Positions 61,130-64,000 of a stretch of 64,000 nt of DNA are shown here, in pieces. The stretch comes from Salinarimonas sp. (GTDB lineage Bacteria; Pseudomonadota; Alphaproteobacteria; Rhizobiales; Beijerinckiaceae), in contig NZ_JBKBQG010000017.1 in the NCBI RefSeq assembly GCF_046292825.1, positions 7,972 to 71,971 of the forward strand. The letters run 5' to 3'. How positions within the stretch are numbered: position 1 is the first letter of the stretch; each line of letters begins with the position of its first letter. Under the pieces are notes generated by a model, which saw only the letters and a program-made list of their open reading frames with translations, did no database searches and had not been told where the DNA came from. The translations under genes were made by a program, and so were the position numbers.

Positions 61130-61516
61130 TTACCGCTCCTGGTTCTTCAACCGATCCGGCAGGCCCTCGTTCGGATCGTCGCTGTTGGTGATCGTCCGCT
61201 CGAAATCGCCGACCTTGTCGGAATGGGAATGGCCCATGCGCGTATCGGCGTGGTGGTAGCCGCCCCGCGTCGGATCGTTCGGCTCGCCCGGACGCGTGCC
61301 CCGGCCGCCCTCGTCCGTGCGCGTCGGATTCGCTGCCTCCTCCTGGCGGATCGCCTCCGGAGGGCGGCCGGTATTGGCGCCGAAGGTGGCGTCGGTCACC
61401 GAGGGCTCGCGGGTCAGCGGGCTCTGCTTCGGCGCCATGCCCATCTCGGCGTTGCGCTTGAGATCGGCGCGGGCCTTCTCCTCCGTCGTGCGGGGATCGT
61501 GGCTGTCGCCCGGCAT
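61130..61516 (-). CDS. small (128 aa) hydrophilic, disordered protein, hypothetical (stress-protein-like)
   Basis: Start MPGDSHDPRTTEEKARADLKRNAE after gaggag. An EcfG-type promoter lies about 35 nt upstream. Confidence 0.55.
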   Translation of the reverse strand: MPGDSHDPRTTEEKARADLKRNAEMGMAPKQSPLTREPSVTDATFGANTGRPPEAIRQEEAANPTRTDEGGRGTRPGEPNDPTRGGYHHADTRMGHSHSDKVGDFERTITNSDDPNEGLPDRLKNQER

Positions 61517-61549
61517 ATCGTCTCTCCTCGTGTTTCGTGTCGGAGGGCA

Positions 61550-61575
61550 AACGCGCCGGAGCAAGGCCACGTTCC
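61550..61575 (-). promoter_or_regulatory. EcfG-type general-stress-response promoter GGAAC-N17-CGTT
   Basis: The minus strand reads GGAACgtggccttgctccggcgCGTT, an exact match to both consensus elements. The -10 element ends 33 nt upstream of the ATG at 61516. Confidence 0.6.
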
Positions 61576-61638
61576 GGCAAGCCCCCTTGCCGATGCGGCC
61601 GCGATGGGCGATCGATGGGCGCAAGAGGAGGCCCGATC

Positions 61639-62889
61639 ATGGATCTGACCGCGCAGGAGCGCGCTATCGCCGCGGGCGCGCAGGGGGAGGCCGCCGCGCT
61701 CGCCATGCGCCTCGTCTCGGAGACGGGGCGGCTCCTGGGCGCGCCCCGCCTGATCCCGGTCGCCTCCGCGCATATCGACGGCGCGCTCTACCACGGCGAT
61801 TCGGGCGTCCTGTTCGCCGAGCGGCTCGTCGCGGAGGGCGGGCGCGTGGCGGTGCCGGCGAGCCTCAATGTCGGCGCGCTCGATCTGATGCGCCCGGGCA
61901 ACGTGCGCCTGCCCGCCCATCAGCGCGACATGGCCAAGCGCCTGATGCGTGCCTACGAAGCGCTCGGCTGCCGGCCGACCTGGACCTGCGCGCCCTACCA
62001 GGCGGGGCACCGCCCGCGGGCCGGGACGGATGTCGCCTGGGGCGAATCGAACGCGGTCGCCTTCTGCAATTCGGTGCTCGGAGCGCGCACGAACCGCTAC
62101 GGCGACTTCCTCGATATCGCCTGCGCCCTCGTCGGCCGCGCGCCGCTGACGGGCCTGCATCTCCCGGAGAACCGCCGGCCGAGCCTCGTCGTCGACCTCA
62201 CCGCGCTCTCCGCCCGGCTGCGGCGCGAGAGCGCCTTCTTCCCCGTCCTCGGCGCCTGGCTCGGGCGGCGCGTCGGCTCCGACGTCGCGCTCCTCGTCGG
62301 TCTCGACGGCGCCTGCGGCGAGGACGACCTGAAGGCGCTCGGCGCGGCCGCGGCCTCGAGCGGCGCGGTCGGCCTCTTCCACGTCGCGGGGGTGACGCCG
62401 GAGGCGCGCGAATGGGACGCGCACGGCTTCCCCGATCTCCCCCGGATCGTCCTCGACGCCGCGGCCCTCCTCGAGGCGCGGGCGCGGCTGTCGAGCGCGG
62501 GCGCGGGGGTCGAGCGGATCGACGCGGTCGCGATCGGCAGCCCGCACGCCTCCGCCGACGAATGCGCGGCGCTCCTGCGCCGGCTCGCCGGGCGGCGCGT
62601 CGCGGTGCCCTTCTACGTCAATACCGGCCGTCACGTGATCGCGGCGCTCGACGAGACCGGCGCGCGCGCCGCGCTCGAGGAGGCGGGCATCACCTTCGTC
62701 GTCGATACCTGCATCGTGGTGACGCCGATCCTGTCGGGCGCGAGCGGGGTCCTGATGACGAATTCGGGCAAGTTCGCGCATTACGCGCCGGGCAATACCG
62801 GCTGGGAGACGCTCTACGGCTCGCTCGGCGATTGCGTGGAGAGCGCGGTATCGGGGCGCGTCGTGCGCGACGAGGAGCTGTGGCGATGA
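61639..62889 (+). CDS. aconitase X catalytic subunit (DUF521 / AcnX large subunit)
   Basis: Start MDLTAQERAI after gaggagg. Strings SAHIDGALYHGD, TCAPYQ, WGESNAVAFCNSVLGARTNRYGDF, CIVVTP and NSGKFAHY fit the AcnX family. Confidence 0.75.
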   Translation: MDLTAQERAIAAGAQGEAAALAMRLVSETGRLLGAPRLIPVASAHIDGALYHGDSGVLFAERLVAEGGRVAVPASLNVGALDLMRPGNVRLPAHQRDMAKRLMRAYEALGCRPTWTCAPYQAGHRPRAGTDVAWGESNAVAFCNSVLGARTNRYGDFLDIACALVGRAPLTGLHLPENRRPSLVVDLTALSARLRRESAFFPVLGAWLGRRVGSDVALLVGLDGACGEDDLKALGAAAASSGAVGLFHVAGVTPEAREWDAHGFPDLPRIVLDAAALLEARARLSSAGAGVERIDAVAIGSPHASADECAALLRRLAGRRVAVPFYVNTGRHVIAALDETGARAALEEAGITFVVDTCIVVTPILSGASGVLMTNSGKFAHYAPGNTGWETLYGSLGDCVESAVSGRVVRDEELWR

Positions 62890-63299
62890 GCGTGCGCGTC
62901 CTCTTCCCCGGCGCGGCGGAGGGCCCCGTCCTCGCGCTCGCCGCCCCCTTGAGCTTCTGGGGCGGCATCGACCCCGCGAGCGGGCGGGTGATCGCGCGCG
63001 GACACCCGCAGGAGGGGGCGAGCGTCGCCGGCAGCATTCTCGTCGTGCCCGCGCCGATCGGCTCGTCGTCGTCCTCCTCCGTCCTGCTCGAACTGATCCG
63101 CGAAGGCCTCGCCCCCGCCGGCATCGTGCTCGGCGCCGCCGACGCGATCCTCGTCGTCGGCTGCCTCGTCGCCCGCGAGATGGGCTGGCCGGCGCCGCCG
63201 ATCGTGGTGGCGGAGATCGCGAGCGTGCCGATGGGGGCCGCGCGGCTCGCGATCGAGGCGAGGGAGGAGGGGGAGGGGCGGATCGGCGGGGTGGGGTAG
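62886..63299 (+). CDS. aconitase X swivel-domain subunit (DUF126 / AcnX small subunit)
   Basis: ATG overlaps the stop of the large subunit (ATGA). LSFWGGIDPASGRV...GSILVVPAPIGSSSSSSVL is the DUF126 signature. Confidence 0.75.
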   Translation: MSVRVLFPGAAEGPVLALAAPLSFWGGIDPASGRVIARGHPQEGASVAGSILVVPAPIGSSSSSSVLLELIREGLAPAGIVLGAADAILVVGCLVAREMGWPAPPIVVAEIASVPMGAARLAIEAREEGEGRIGGVG

Positions 63300-63377
63300 G
63301 GGGTGAGCGGAATGCCTGGAGATCCCAGGGTTTCCATTCTTTCTTCTTGCCCCGAAAATGCGGAAATCTCTCTCTGG

Positions 63378-63558
63378 GGTGTCATCCCGGACGCCGAAGG
63401 CGATCCGGGACCTATATCCACGACGTGTCAGTCGCAGCCTGTAGGCTGCGTTTCGCCCACGATCGATGCCGAAAGGGGGCGGAGCGAGCGCGGCATGCGC
63501 GCTCGGACGATCGTTGTGGGTATGGGTCCCGGGTCCGCTTCGCGGCCTGGGATGACAA
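63378..63558. repeat. family A repeat, copy A4
   Basis: Same termini and core as A1/A3. The variable arms differ on both sides in positions that would pair in a long hairpin. Confidence 0.85.
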
Positions 63559-63600
63559 CCTTCGTATGGTCGTGAAACCCCGAGGTCCAGGAGAGGGAGC

Positions 63601-64000
63601 TCACCCGATCTGAATGCGCGTATCCATCTCGAGCACGCGGCCGAGCTGCTTGAGGCGGCCGGTGAGGCGCTCGCCGGCGAGGTCGGCCATGTCGTCGGGG
63701 AGAGACAGCACGATCTTGCCGCCCTTGACGATCAAGGCCGTCTTCGGCAGCACGCCCTCCATCGCCACCGAGATCGGATAGGCGACGCGGAAGAGCCCGC
63801 CGAGGATGCGCGCGAGCTCGATCAGGCGCGGCGTCGCAAGCCCCTTGAGCTGCGCGGACGCCTTCTCCACCGAGAGGCCCTCGTGGCGAAAATAGCTCGA
63901 CAGCGCCAGGAAGGCGCGGCCGGGATGGTCGAGCGCGACGAAGGCGCCGTTCGCGATCAGGTTGAGGCTCTGCTCGCCGCGATAATCGGGATGGGCGCGC
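63601..64000 (-). CDS. ppx: exopolyphosphatase / GppA family (Ppx), C-terminal part; the gene continues beyond the window
   Basis: The frame stays open to the window edge. Hand translation gives ...AHPDYRGEQSLNLIANGAFVALDHPGRAFLALSSYFRHEGLSVEKASAQLKGL..., which matches the Ppx HD-domain C-terminal region. Confidence 0.65.
   Translation of the reverse strand, partial: RAHPDYRGEQSLNLIANGAFVALDHPGRAFLALSSYFRHEGLSVEKASAQLKGLATPRLIELARILGGLFRVAYPISVAMEGVLPKTALIVKGGKIVLSLPDDMADLAGERLTGRLKQLGRVLEMDTRIQIG

Overview
Very GC-rich chromosomal segment. It looks alphaproteobacterial (Hyphomicrobiales-like) from fixGHIS, bpt, the DUF1217/flgF/fliI flagellar genes, Tct/TRAP transporters and the rpmH-rnpA-yidC block. 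About 66 credible CDS, one tRNA-Arg(ACG), no rRNA, no CRISPR, no prophage or transposase gene.

Main blocks:
- rlmJ and small genes.
- A minus-strand periplasmic FDH-N-type formate dehydrogenase operon: Tat-target peptide, alpha (Cys type, no Sec), beta and gamma subunits. An HTH-TorD fusion and a run of DUF-only genes lie upstream, and a 680-aa poly-ferredoxin is divergent.
- SDR, membrane metallophosphoesterase, bpt, RDD protein, threonine dehydratase, MBL hydrolase.
- yidC-rnpA-rpmH; flavoprotein disulfide reductase; orphan histidine kinase; tRNA-Arg.
- tctC-tctA(B)-prpF-like cluster, then PhzF and NUDIX; TRAP Q/M without a binding protein.
- DUF1217-flgF-ORF-fliI; yqaA-cbiB and cobC.
- fixGHIS with a perfect FixK/Fnr box.
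- Double MaoC protein; amtB-glnK; MaoC-FabI fusion; thpR; DUF2336.
- A low-GC single-gene island encoding a RecB-like PD-(D/E)XK protein.
- DUF427, DUF2293, amidase, HMA protein, EAL protein with pentapeptide repeats.
- Two small hydrophilic genes behind a perfect EcfG-type promoter; two-subunit aconitase-X; partial ppx.

Best candidate for an undescribed system: the translationally coupled DUF module at 8799-14901 attached to the formate dehydrogenase operon. It comprises a BPL/LplA-like protein, two unnamed DUF proteins, a DUF3305/DUF3306-like pair and the divergent poly-ferredoxin.

Second theme: three families of 140-195 bp highly structured intergenic repeats. Two share termini (MITE/REPIN-like) and one forms tandem arrays.

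Limits: all family assignments come from motif recognition by eye, and no database search was run. Many long reverse-strand ORFs in the track are GC artefacts and were ignored.
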